Below are positions 8,216 to 16,845 of a stretch of 24,000 bases of DNA, in pieces (the stretch's first letter is position 1; the number at the start of each line of letters is the position of its first letter). This stretch comes from Candidatus Harpocratesius repetitus. GTDB taxonomy: Archaea; Asgardarchaeota; Lokiarchaeia; Sigyniarchaeales; Promethearchaeaceae. The stretch lies in contig JAIZWK010000001.1 of the NCBI GenBank assembly GCA_021498095.1, positions 1,238,337-1,262,336 on the forward strand, written 5' to 3'. Both the position numbers and the translations under genes were made by a program. Under the pieces are notes generated by a model. That model was not told where the DNA came from. It did no database searches and was given only the letters and a program-made list of their open reading frames with translations.

Positions 8216-11200
8216 TTATTTATTATATTTACTAAATAATACTTCAAACTGCTGAATTACTTTGTTTTCTATGTCTTCATGCATTAACTGGTCTGAAATA
8301 CATTCTAACTCTGAAAAAAGAAGAGATAATTGCTCTTTGTTGTGCTTAATTTGATTTCCACCTCTAATTGAGGATTCGAAATTTATTACATAAAATACTA
8401 ATGATTTGGGTATTTCTAGTAGAATTCCAAGAATCAGATCTACTATATTTAGTGTATCTTTTATTTGTGAAGAGTTAAATCTTCGATGTTCTGAATCATA
8501 GTGTTGGAATAATTTATCCATTAAGTATTCAGCACATTTTTTCAGCAAATGGGTAAATCGAATAAGCCTTTCTGGAAAATTTACAGGTAATGGAAAAGCT
8601 GCAAGAATATCTTTATTCATATGTCGTCCATCGCTAAAGATCCGAAACCATGTGTAAAACAAGGAAGAATTAATCAAACACAATAGAAATGCTTGAAAAG
8701 AAGAAGAAGGTGATTTTAAAGGGAGAAATGCGATTTGAGTCCCGCAATATGGTGGTTTATGCCAAGAATTGTACCAATAATTTCCTGAAATTCGGATCCA
8801 AACCCCATCTGAGGATCTTTCAGGGTATTGCTTTAGTATATAGTGCTTGGTCTCTTCATCCTTGCAAATGATTGCTGTCTTTATCCAATCTCCCAATCTC
8901 CTTTTTAGTTTTGTTTTTCTTATTATTTTTATTTTTTCATTTTTGTGTTGAGAATGATAATTTTTTGGTATAACTTCTGTCCATGATTTAAAAAGTGTTA
9001 AAAGTTCTAAAATAGGAGAGGTTCCAATTTTCGGAACTCGATGTGGCTCATTAAAGCTCACTCCGATATAATCTCCTAATAAAAATGAATTAGCCGGCTG
9101 ATATTCGAATTCCATTAAAGAAGGAAGTTTGCGGAACATTTGAGTAGTATATAATTTTCCTTCTTTTTTTGGATATATTGGATGATGACCAAATGCTAAA
9201 AGAATTGAAACAGATTGAGTCATTCCATCAAATAAACGACATTTATCCCGATCAAATGTAGCTAAGAATAGAAAATTAAATGAATTAATCAGATTTTTTC
9301 TTAAATTCGATAGTTTTTTGTTAAAACAAATTGTATACGATGTCAATAGTCCAAAAGAACCGTTTATTTTTAAGAGTCGATTTATTTTTGAAATAAAAAG
9401 GCTTGAAATTTCACTTTTTAAGCCATCATAGTTTGGAAGTAGTTTTTTTTCTTGAGATGTTAGTAGATTTCCATAAGGAGGATTTCCCAGAATTAAATTA
9501 AATCCCGAGTTGAAGCATGAAGTCGGTTCAGGATGGTAAAATGGAGATGGACAGGGAAATTGCTCCGGAAATTCAAGGATCCAGTGAAAAATCTTAAGTG
9601 TGTTGTTATTTGTATTGCTTTTAGATTTGTACAGTTCAAAGTATAATTTATCCAGGATTTTTTGCAAATGATATTTGATATTCGTAATTAATTGTTGTGT
9701 CTCCTTTTTAAGATATTGTTCAAAAAAGAATACTCTATTTTTTCGGAATTCTGCAATAAGTTTGAAATATGGAACAATATAATTAAGAAGTCGGGAAGAA
9801 TCTTGAAGAGAAATATGATTTATTTCAATCAAAGCAGAAATACCTTGAGGTAACTGATTAATCTCTGTTTTTTCTAAAAATTGCTGTAAATAGGTGTGAA
9901 CACTTAATAAGTTCTTCACAATTTCATTTTTTATTTTAATGTTAATTTTGTGCAGGTTATTTCCATTTAAGAAACGATCTAAATCATACCAAGAGTCCCA
10001 ACCAATTAAACTGTTACCTGAATGAATATTCATTGGAATTAAGTGTATTTTCTGATTTTTTATCATTTGTTCAGGAATTTGAGAGACTACCTTTAAATAT
10101 AACCTCCATTTTGTTATTCTGCATGATCTGGGGTTAATATCCACTCCGTATAGCATTTTTGGAAAAATTTCATATTTACGAAAGAAGTAGATAGCTTCAG
10201 AAAAGGATTTTAGTGAAATTAAATCAAATTTTCGTTGTTTTTCGAGATAAATGGAGAGAATATCAATATACTGCCGATTTTTACATATATCCCAAATTTC
10301 TTTATAAAAACAAAATAATATATTATCCATAGCAATTAAGAAATCTCCAGTTCCCACTGCTGGATCTAATATTCGGAGTTTTAGAATTTTCTGATGGATT
10401 TGTCTTATCAAAGTATATCCAGTTTCAATATCTAAACTCAGAATGAAATATTTCAGAGAAATTAAATCGAAAACTTCATTTTCAATGTTGAAATGTGCTA
10501 TCTTTGAAGAAAAACTTGATTTTTTTGAATATTGATTAAAATTTGGCAAGTGTTTTATGATAGGGTGAATTACTGAACGTAAAAAAAGTTTCAAAGCAAT
10601 ATCTTCACAAATATATGCAGGAGTATAATATGCTCCTGTTTGTTGTTTCGTCTCATTTTGAAGAAACCTTTCAAATAAAAAACCCAGATCAGTTTGTGTT
10701 ATATTACCCCACTTGAGTTCAAAGGTTTCACAAGCCGAGAAAATCGCAACGTGAAAAGAATTTTGTGAAAAAACTTCATTCTTGCTGCTTTTTTCATCTT
10801 TCTGCTCATTAACAAAAAAGATTGAGTCTTTTAAATTTTCAATTATTGAAAAAGGGATAATTTGATTCTCGAAATTATCGAATAATGATGGATCTATTCT
10901 TACATAAATTGAATCAAATAAGTGGATTGGATTTCGTTTGTGTTTTTTACTTCTATTCCTATCTCCTTGTTCCTTTTTCTCTTTTTGATTATTTCCTTTA
11001 TTGCATGGAAAAATAATAGTAGAAATAAGTTTTGATATAAATTTAGAAAAACCAGATGAATCAGATAGACTACAAGGTTGATTATTTGTTAATTCTTCTT
11101 CATTTGAATAATTGTTTTGTGATTTTGAAATTTTTTGGAAAATGTCTTTGAAAATATTGGGATTTTCCGCAATTAAACTTCTTTTTTGAAGTATCCAAAG

Positions 11201-11377
11201 AAATATCATTAAAAATATGAAATTATCGACTTTTACAATAAGTGTTTCATAAGAACTTCTCAAGTTTTCTTCTATTTTAGATTCTTCTCTCGTAATTGAT
11301 TGATTGAGAATTTCATTCAAAAGATTCTGTTTCACTTTAGAAAAAAGTCGGAAAAAAAAAAGATGTCGGGGTTTCAT
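8216..11377 (-). CDS. N6-adenine DNA methyltransferase, gamma-class Eco57I/PglX-like, with C-terminal target-recognition domain; no nuclease domain recognised
   Basis: 1053 aa. Motifs in order: DLGFLFERFLQNETKQQTGAYYTP (near nt 10620-10700), SAM motif I ILDPAVGTGDFL (about 10338-10372), YGVDINPRSCRITKWRL, IHSGNSLIG, FHWILEFPEQF, and catalytic motif IV GFNLILGNPPYG (NPPY at 9473-9484). The C-terminal FLLCLINSSLFYTWFRIF...ILAAFPLP is typical of TaqI_C-type specificity domains. The N-terminal region carries the helical FIFLMIFLWILQKRSLI element common to this family. I could not find a PD-(D/E)xK motif. Confidence 0.85.
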   Translation of the reverse strand: MKPRHLFFFRLFSKVKQNLLNEILNQSITREESKIEENLRSSYETLIVKVDNFIFLMIFLWILQKRSLIAENPNIFKDIFQKISKSQNNYSNEEELTNNQPCSLSDSSGFSKFISKLISTIIFPCNKGNNQKEKKEQGDRNRSKKHKRNPIHLFDSIYVRIDPSLFDNFENQIIPFSIIENLKDSIFFVNEQKDEKSSKNEVFSQNSFHVAIFSACETFELKWGNITQTDLGFLFERFLQNETKQQTGAYYTPAYICEDIALKLFLRSVIHPIIKHLPNFNQYSKKSSFSSKIAHFNIENEVFDLISLKYFILSLDIETGYTLIRQIHQKILKLRILDPAVGTGDFLIAMDNILFCFYKEIWDICKNRQYIDILSIYLEKQRKFDLISLKSFSEAIYFFRKYEIFPKMLYGVDINPRSCRITKWRLYLKVVSQIPEQMIKNQKIHLIPMNIHSGNSLIGWDSWYDLDRFLNGNNLHKINIKIKNEIVKNLLSVHTYLQQFLEKTEINQLPQGISALIEINHISLQDSSRLLNYIVPYFKLIAEFRKNRVFFFEQYLKKETQQLITNIKYHLQKILDKLYFELYKSKSNTNNNTLKIFHWILEFPEQFPCPSPFYHPEPTSCFNSGFNLILGNPPYGNLLTSQEKKLLPNYDGLKSEISSLFISKINRLLKINGSFGLLTSYTICFNKKLSNLRKNLINSFNFLFLATFDRDKCRLFDGMTQSVSILLAFGHHPIYPKKEGKLYTTQMFRKLPSLMEFEYQPANSFLLGDYIGVSFNEPHRVPKIGTSPILELLTLFKSWTEVIPKNYHSQHKNEKIKIIRKTKLKRRLGDWIKTAIICKDEETKHYILKQYPERSSDGVWIRISGNYWYNSWHKPPYCGTQIAFLPLKSPSSSFQAFLLCLINSSLFYTWFRIFSDGRHMNKDILAAFPLPVNFPERLIRFTHLLKKCAEYLMDKLFQHYDSEHRRFNSSQIKDTLNIVDLILGILLEIPKSLVFYVINFESSIRGGNQIKHNKEQLSLLFSELECISDQLMHEDIENKVIQQFEVLFSKYNK

Positions 11378-11459
11378 TTCACTCTAATTCTCATTATTTT
11401 CTGATTTTAAAATTTATTTCATTCTATCTCTTTCATTTATTTTATTCTAATTCCTTTTT

Positions 11460-12305
11460 TTATTCTCTTTTTATTTCTTTCAACTCAACTGGTGCTTTGT
11501 CCCGTAAAATTGTTGGGTGGGATGCTCTTCTTTGTTCTTCTAAGCTGATTCTCATTTTTGGTTTAATTTCTGTATGCTTAAAAATTACTATAGAAGACCA
11601 AACAATAAATCCTAAAAAGCCTCCAATTGCAATTAATAACCATAATGTATGTAATAATAATTCTGATCTCCTAATTTCTTCAGGTGCTCTCTGAAAAAGG
11701 CCTGTTCCTTCAAGTAAATAATAATATATTCCCCCGATAATAAGAATTAAAGCAAAAGAAGAAATTATTAAAAATATCCTTTTAGTAAAAAGAGAGCATA
11801 AAAATTGACTGATTATTAAACCAAAAGCTACATACAGTGTTATCCGAGAAATCCGAAATAATTCATTGTAGGAATCCAATGTAGTACCATATGTAAGTAG
11901 TGAGATTCGCCACCCGAACATACGGAGATTATTAATTAACAAAGCAAGTAAAGTTAATGAACCTAAAAAACCCAAAATTACGAAAAGCTGCATTAAAATG
12001 GTTCTTTCTTCCTTATATGCCTTAGGATCTATATTTTCTCCTAAAAGCAAATCAATTTCTTTTTGTATTGCTAAAGGAACGGCAGTATCTAGAATAATAA
12101 AATCATAACCAAATTTTTTTACAATATTTTGGGCTAATTGTTTTCCTAATTCGTGATCTTTTTTAGCCGATTTAGGTCCTGCATAAAAATATACCTTTTT
12201 TTCGGTATTTTCAATAAGTAATGCAATATCATGCAGAAATAGGTTGTTAGATTCAATCCAATCCATTTTTGATTTATCAAGAATGTAGCAGTAAATAATA
12301 CGCAC
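11460..12305 (-). CDS. Four-TM membrane protein with N-terminal soluble gelsolin-repeat-like domain (tentative)
   Basis: The listed start is GTG 12305; the first ATG is at 12266 (MDWIESNN...). The N-terminal ~100 aa is soluble, followed by four hydrophobic helices: TILMQLFVILGFLGSLTLLALLI, ITLYVAFGLIISQFLCSLF, IFLIISSFALILIIGGIYYYLL and LLLHTLWLLIAIGGFLGFIVWSSIVIF. It ends in a basic C-terminal tail. Confidence 0.6.
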   Translation of the reverse strand: MRIIYCYILDKSKMDWIESNNLFLHDIALLIENTEKKVYFYAGPKSAKKDHELGKQLAQNIVKKFGYDFIILDTAVPLAIQKEIDLLLGENIDPKAYKEERTILMQLFVILGFLGSLTLLALLINNLRMFGWRISLLTYGTTLDSYNELFRISRITLYVAFGLIISQFLCSLFTKRIFLIISSFALILIIGGIYYYLLEGTGLFQRAPEEIRRSELLLHTLWLLIAIGGFLGFIVWSSIVIFKHTEIKPKMRISLEEQRRASHPTILRDKAPVELKEIKRE

Positions 12306-12417
12306 CCCTAAAGTAATCCTATAATTGTATTACATTTGATTAGCAGAACATTAAAATATTGCTATCATTTGAAAAAGGAAGAAAACGCAAAATAACCCTA
12401 AAAAAAGGAATTCAATA

Positions 12418-13326
12418 TTACATGTTTGATTTAATTTGTTTTGCCCGTGTTCTTAGAGTTACTTCGGTAACATGGGCAACATCGGCAATTTCTGTCTGAG
12501 TCTTTCGTTCGGATGTTGGTTTTGCTGCAATATACAATGCTGCAGCAGCTAATCCTTTCGGATCTTTTCCCATTTTCCGTAAACCATGACTTAATGCAAT
12601 TCTCAACATATTCGATGCCTGCTTTTGCACTGAAACTGATAACTTTAAATCGTTTCCAAAACGGAAAACTAAAGGTTCTGGTGAAATTGGCTTATATTTC
12701 ATCTTCAAAACTGGAAATACCATCCTGACGATTAAGCCCAATGATCTATGGACACTACGCAGTGGAAGCATGGCGACTTCTACTATTTCTTCCAATAAAC
12801 GGGGAAAATTGTGGATTCGAATAGCAGCATAAACAGATGCAGTTACAAATGAATCTATTGAACGTCCCATTGTGAGCTTTTGTTTAGCTACTTCGGAATA
12901 AATTTTCCAAGCGGTTTCCACAATGTGTTCTGGGATTGTAAGTTTACGCGCCAATTGATTTAATTTGGGTCGGGCTTCCCAAAAATTGCGTTCAAGTGAA
13001 TTAACTAACGAACCTTGGATTTTAGATAATCGGTTAAACATAGCTTGGCGTTTTCCATGTAATGCTTGACCCTTTGCATCAGGAGAATTAATTCCAATAA
13101 TTGTTCGTGGGCCGTAATTTCGCCATCTCGGTTCTGTTCTTCTTCGATTTCTTACTTCATCTGCTGTATAAGCGCGTTTTTCATGTGAAACATATGCTCG
13201 ACCTAGAACTAGTCCACAATTGGAACAAACACGCATTCCTTCTGAATTTACAATTATATCGGGAGAATTGCAACATTCATTATCGAAGTCATCGTATTCT
13301 TTTTCATAATAATTCGGAATTGCCAT
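12418..13326 (-). CDS. tfb: Transcription initiation factor IIB (TFB)
   Basis: N-terminal zinc ribbon (CCNSPDII...CSNCG), B-reader/linker (RAYTADEVRNRRRTEPRW) and two cyclin-like repeats (e.g. IDSFVTASVYAAIRIH and KGLAAAALYIAAK...TQTEIADVAHVTEVTLR). The listed ORF begins with TTG 13335; the first ATG is 13326 (MAIPNYY...). Confidence 0.92.
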   Translation of the reverse strand: MAIPNYYEKEYDDFDNECCNSPDIIVNSEGMRVCSNCGLVLGRAYVSHEKRAYTADEVRNRRRTEPRWRNYGPRTIIGINSPDAKGQALHGKRQAMFNRLSKIQGSLVNSLERNFWEARPKLNQLARKLTIPEHIVETAWKIYSEVAKQKLTMGRSIDSFVTASVYAAIRIHNFPRLLEEIVEVAMLPLRSVHRSLGLIVRMVFPVLKMKYKPISPEPLVFRFGNDLKLSVSVQKQASNMLRIALSHGLRKMGKDPKGLAAAALYIAAKPTSERKTQTEIADVAHVTEVTLRTRAKQIKSNM

Positions 13327-13670
13327 AATAATCAACTAGGTAAAGGAGTTAAGGGAAATTAAGAAACATTTTATTTACAATCTAGAAGAGGTGATAAAAT
13401 AGTTCTATCTAATATTTTTGTAGAGGCTTTCATACTTATAGTTAATGGTTAAAAAATTTTTGTAATTTTAATTATAAATTTTCGCCAAATCTCTTTGGCT
13501 GGCAATAAATTTAATGGAAAATTCATATTCTCAACTGGATTATTTTGATAATTGTTTAATTTTTCTTTACTGTTTTGGAAATCGAGTAAAATAGAATCTA
13601 AAGAATTAGAAATATTCCAATTAAAATTACATGAAATAGAATTATTTATTTTGATTCAATTATTTTTGTT

Positions 13671-13702
13671 TTAAAAGCAAAAGTGTGCATATACATACAC
13701 TT
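13671..13702 (-). terminator. Candidate hairpin plus T-tract terminator downstream of the GH-like gene
   Basis: About 30 nt after the stop at 13735, a 6-bp stem forms (aagtgt 13681-13686 pairing with acactt 13697-13702) around a 10-nt loop. On the minus strand it is followed by TTTTGCTTTT. Archaeal termination commonly uses oligo-T tracts. Confidence 0.3.
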
Positions 13703-13734
13703 ATAAATTATAATTAATTATTCGCATTTTTCAA

Positions 13735-16596
13735 TTAAACGCCTAAATTTTCCAATATAAGATGATCTCGAGGGCGCACATTTATCGGTTTTTCTTTAAA
13801 TCCCAATAATGATGTAAACCCTTTAAATCGACCATGGCCACTGAAAAATTCCATTTGATTTCGATTACTTAAGAAAACTAAATCAAGCGGATGGCGGGAT
13901 TTAATAATTTGTCTATTTACTTTTATGAACAAGGGTTGATACTGGTGTGAAATGGGATTAACACCATTATAAATACATGCAGTCAAACGACCTTCTTCAA
14001 TGCGTAGCAATTGTGCAGTATGTCCAACCAAATGAGTTCGAATTCGACTGCTGAAACCAGATTCGGGGTGAAAAATATGGATTGAGACCGGTAAAGTCCA
14101 ATGTGTTTGAAGACTAAAGATGAATACATGTTGAATATTTTTAGAAGGATGCTGGAATACGAATACTTGAATTTTATGTCTAAAAATAAAATCTGTTCGA
14201 ACAGAAATATCCAAATTTCTGTAAAAACCTTTAGATTGAAGAAATCGAAGTAGAAGGTTAATGGTTTTCAAAGAATTAAATTGAAGTTTTGGATTCAAAC
14301 GGTCTTGGCTTAACCATGCCATTAGCTCTGGATAGGGAATAGCTTCTAAATCTATAACGGGAGTATGTGGTAATTTGAAGTTAATTCGAAATAATGCACG
14401 AGTTATAAAATCAATAAAATAAAACCAAGCGCTTTTTTTAAGTTCAAAGGGATTTCGAGCATGAAAGAGTAAAATTCCCTTTCCTTTTGGAAAGATACAA
14501 ATCTGATGTTTGGCTGATTTCTTTGAAAGACAGCAGCTTTCGACTTCATTTGTCACAAAATCCTTTAACACAGTACATGGTGCAAAGTGCTCATCACAAT
14601 CAGGCAGTTGGCCAAAAAGAAAAACAATACCTCCTCTTTTGATATAGGAAACTAAGTTCTCTTGCACTTTACGACTTAAAAAGAAACTAGATGCAAAAAT
14701 TAGAATTTTTGGGCGTTTTTTTCCAGAATCATTTTCTTTATCTTTAAAATCCGTGAGATGAATGTTTAGTGCGGGAGGAATTTTTGCTTCTATATTTTCG
14801 TATTCCAAATTAATAATTTTATAATCCATTCCTAAATGTTGTGCTGCCAAATGAAATTGAGTCCAGACATCTTGACCAAAAACAGGCGGGTGTCTAATAT
14901 TCAAGTGTCTTCGTTTCCATAATTTAGGATCGTGCCCTCCATAAGCAGCTAACTCAACATACGGCATATATAATCCCAAAGCAAGCATAGTTTCTCTTTT
15001 GCTCTGTAAAAATTCACTCCCGTAATAATCACCAAAATATTTATTAATTCCAGATATCAACTGCAGTTTGTTACCACTAATCCCTGCAGCATCAATTGCT
15101 GAATAAGTGGGATATGGCTTTTTATGAGTAGAATCAATCTTTAATGACCAAGATTTTGTCCCCACAAGAGGTGTTTGTGTATATCCAGTTGTATTTAACG
15201 CACAGCTCAGTAGCGTTTGATATAATGAAGTAAACGCATATTCAAATTTTGTTGAAGAATGTTTTCGCAATCCCCAATTAGTTGCTTTGTTAAACCTTTC
15301 AGCATATTTCATCATGATTGAATGTCGAGCATAACTTGTCTTATGATAGTTTTCTGCTTTACTCCAATTGGTAAAAGTACAAACGACTCCTGCTTGTTGT
15401 TCAATTCTTGCTAAATTTATTCTGGACAACCAAGCATCCAATCCAACCCGTAGATCTATAGGTGATTCCCATTGTATAAGAATAATTGGAAATTCTTTTT
15501 TCTTTTCTGTATTTTTTTCTATATTCTTTTCTGTATTTTTTTCTTTATTCTTTTCTATTTTGTTTTCTGGAGTTTTTTCTTTATTCTTTTCTATTTCCTT
15601 TTCCTTATTCTGAATTGAGTTTTCTTTATGGAATTCATCGCCAACTGGAAAACCAAGCATTTTTTTCAATAAACGCAGCCACTCAATGTATTGAACTGTA
15701 TTAAATTGTACCCATTCATTGATTAATAAGAGTTGGGAAGGATGACTAAAATGATTATTACCTGGATATATTGTTGGTGGGATAATTTGATTCCAAAAAG
15801 AAAAATTTGTGCGGTGTTGCGCATTAAATTGCTCGATTGTTTGATATTGTTGCCTCAAATAATTCCAAAAAGCATGAATATTTCGCAGATTATAATCTCC
15901 CTCAACCCAATATGGTGCTTTTCCTTCTGAGTAATAACCTTGATATCCTAATTGAATAAAGAGGATCGGTCCTGCAGGATAGGCATATGGTTTGAGTATC
16001 GATTGATCAATTTGATTAAAAAAATCTTGCACATACCCCAAAAAGACAGGATCATTAGGTGATGGAAGCGGCTCTCCCTTGAGAGGTTTCCACCGATTCC
16101 TTGAACGTTCTTGATGTCCTCGAAGATAAAGATGATTTCGATAACTGCTGATCATTTCATTATGTTTTGGGTTGACAAAATCCGGCATTCCACCATATGA
16201 TAAACTCGGATCTGAAAATGGTCCGATATTCAGGCTAACCCATAACCCTATTTTCTTGCAAAGTTCGATAAAATACTTGAAATTACGATTTCCTGCTGTA
16301 TTTCCTTCAAAATCGAATTTTTGTGTTTTATTTGTTAAAATCCATTTAACATGATGACGCCATGGAACGGCACATTGGATGGTGTTAATACCGCTGTTTT
16401 TCATCTTTGCTAAACGATCAAGCCAATTTTTTGGGTCGTCGCGGTAATAAGGGTAGTCCCCTGCTATAATGAACATTGGTTCTCCGTTTTTCCATAATTT
16501 TCCTTCTTTAAAATTAAATATATGAAATGAATTTCTCGATGATAGATCCAAATTGCGTCGTTCAGTGCTTAAAGTCATCCTTATAAAGTTCAGCAT
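13735..16596 (-). CDS. Glycoside hydrolase clan GH-A (GH35/GH42 beta-galactosidase-like) protein with divergent catalytic motif
   Basis: The N-terminal TIM-barrel segment NGEPMFIIAGDYPYYRDDPKNWLDRLAKMKNSGINTIQCAVPWRHH...FKYFIELCKKIGLWVSLNIGPF...YGGMPDFV parallels GH35 (human GLB1 as I recall: [48 protein letters not shown]...[20 protein letters not shown]). A later segment, KILIFASSFFLSRKVQENLVSYIKRGGIVFLFGQLP, resembles the GH42 middle (trimerisation) domain. The listed start is TTG 16611; ATG candidates are 16596 and 16578. Confidence 0.7.
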   Translation of the reverse strand: MLNFIRMTLSTERRNLDLSSRNSFHIFNFKEGKLWKNGEPMFIIAGDYPYYRDDPKNWLDRLAKMKNSGINTIQCAVPWRHHVKWILTNKTQKFDFEGNTAGNRNFKYFIELCKKIGLWVSLNIGPFSDPSLSYGGMPDFVNPKHNEMISSYRNHLYLRGHQERSRNRWKPLKGEPLPSPNDPVFLGYVQDFFNQIDQSILKPYAYPAGPILFIQLGYQGYYSEGKAPYWVEGDYNLRNIHAFWNYLRQQYQTIEQFNAQHRTNFSFWNQIIPPTIYPGNNHFSHPSQLLLINEWVQFNTVQYIEWLRLLKKMLGFPVGDEFHKENSIQNKEKEIEKNKEKTPENKIEKNKEKNTEKNIEKNTEKKKEFPIILIQWESPIDLRVGLDAWLSRINLARIEQQAGVVCTFTNWSKAENYHKTSYARHSIMMKYAERFNKATNWGLRKHSSTKFEYAFTSLYQTLLSCALNTTGYTQTPLVGTKSWSLKIDSTHKKPYPTYSAIDAAGISGNKLQLISGINKYFGDYYGSEFLQSKRETMLALGLYMPYVELAAYGGHDPKLWKRRHLNIRHPPVFGQDVWTQFHLAAQHLGMDYKIINLEYENIEAKIPPALNIHLTDFKDKENDSGKKRPKILIFASSFFLSRKVQENLVSYIKRGGIVFLFGQLPDCDEHFAPCTVLKDFVTNEVESCCLSKKSAKHQICIFPKGKGILLFHARNPFELKKSAWFYFIDFITRALFRINFKLPHTPVIDLEAIPYPELMAWLSQDRLNPKLQFNSLKTINLLLRFLQSKGFYRNLDISVRTDFIFRHKIQVFVFQHPSKNIQHVFIFSLQTHWTLPVSIHIFHPESGFSSRIRTHLVGHTAQLLRIEEGRLTACIYNGVNPISHQYQPLFIKVNRQIIKSRHPLDLVFLSNRNQMEFFSGHGRFKGFTSLLGFKEKPINVRPRDHLILENLGV
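15493..15612 (-). repeat. Imperfect tandem 24-bp coding repeat (EKN-rich low-complexity insert) inside the GH-like gene
   Basis: The plus strand reads ttttctgtatttttttctatattc / ttttctgtatttttttctttattc, followed by degenerate copies. It encodes NKEKEIEKNKEKTPENKIEKNKEKNTEKNIEKNTEKKKE. Confidence 0.8.
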
Positions 16597-16845
16597 CTGA
16601 ATGCTTATCAATTTTTTTTAACCAATATTGAAGCAAAAAAATCGATGATGAAATTAAGCGTAAACTTATCAACATTCAAATAACGAAAGAATTAACAAAA
16701 AAGCAAAAAAAACGTAAAAGCCAAAAAATGCGCAATATATTATTCTATGCAGATGATGATACTTTAAGAGGAAGACCGAAGTTGGAAACAACTAATGAAG
16801 AGATCTACTCAGGGTATCTGATGCAAGTAGATTTCTTCTATTATA

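Noticed and set aside
6987-12305. Interpretation of the methyltransferase locus as a BREX or DISARM system
   Set aside because: No PglZ phosphatase, BrxC/BrxL ATPase/protease, helicase or PLD-nuclease genes are present. The neighbours are a hydrolase, a 4-TM protein and TFB.
16753-16821. Possible C/D-box sRNA on the plus strand: AUGAUGA at 16753-16759, CCGA at 16776-16779, AUGAAGA at 16793-16799, CUGA at 16818-16821
   Set aside because: Box spacings (about 16, 13 and 18 nt) do not fit the tight ~12-nt guide and short-loop geometry of archaeal C/D sRNAs. The internal boxes are degenerate and I see no terminal stem or kink-turn context. It needs a snoscan or covariance check before being believed.
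16801-16836. Imperfect inverted repeat agatctact...agtagattt just downstream of the Cys-rich gene's stop
   Set aside because: The stem is only ~8 bp with a mismatch, the loop is 16 nt, and no clear oligo-T tract follows on the minus strand. This is too weak to call a terminator.
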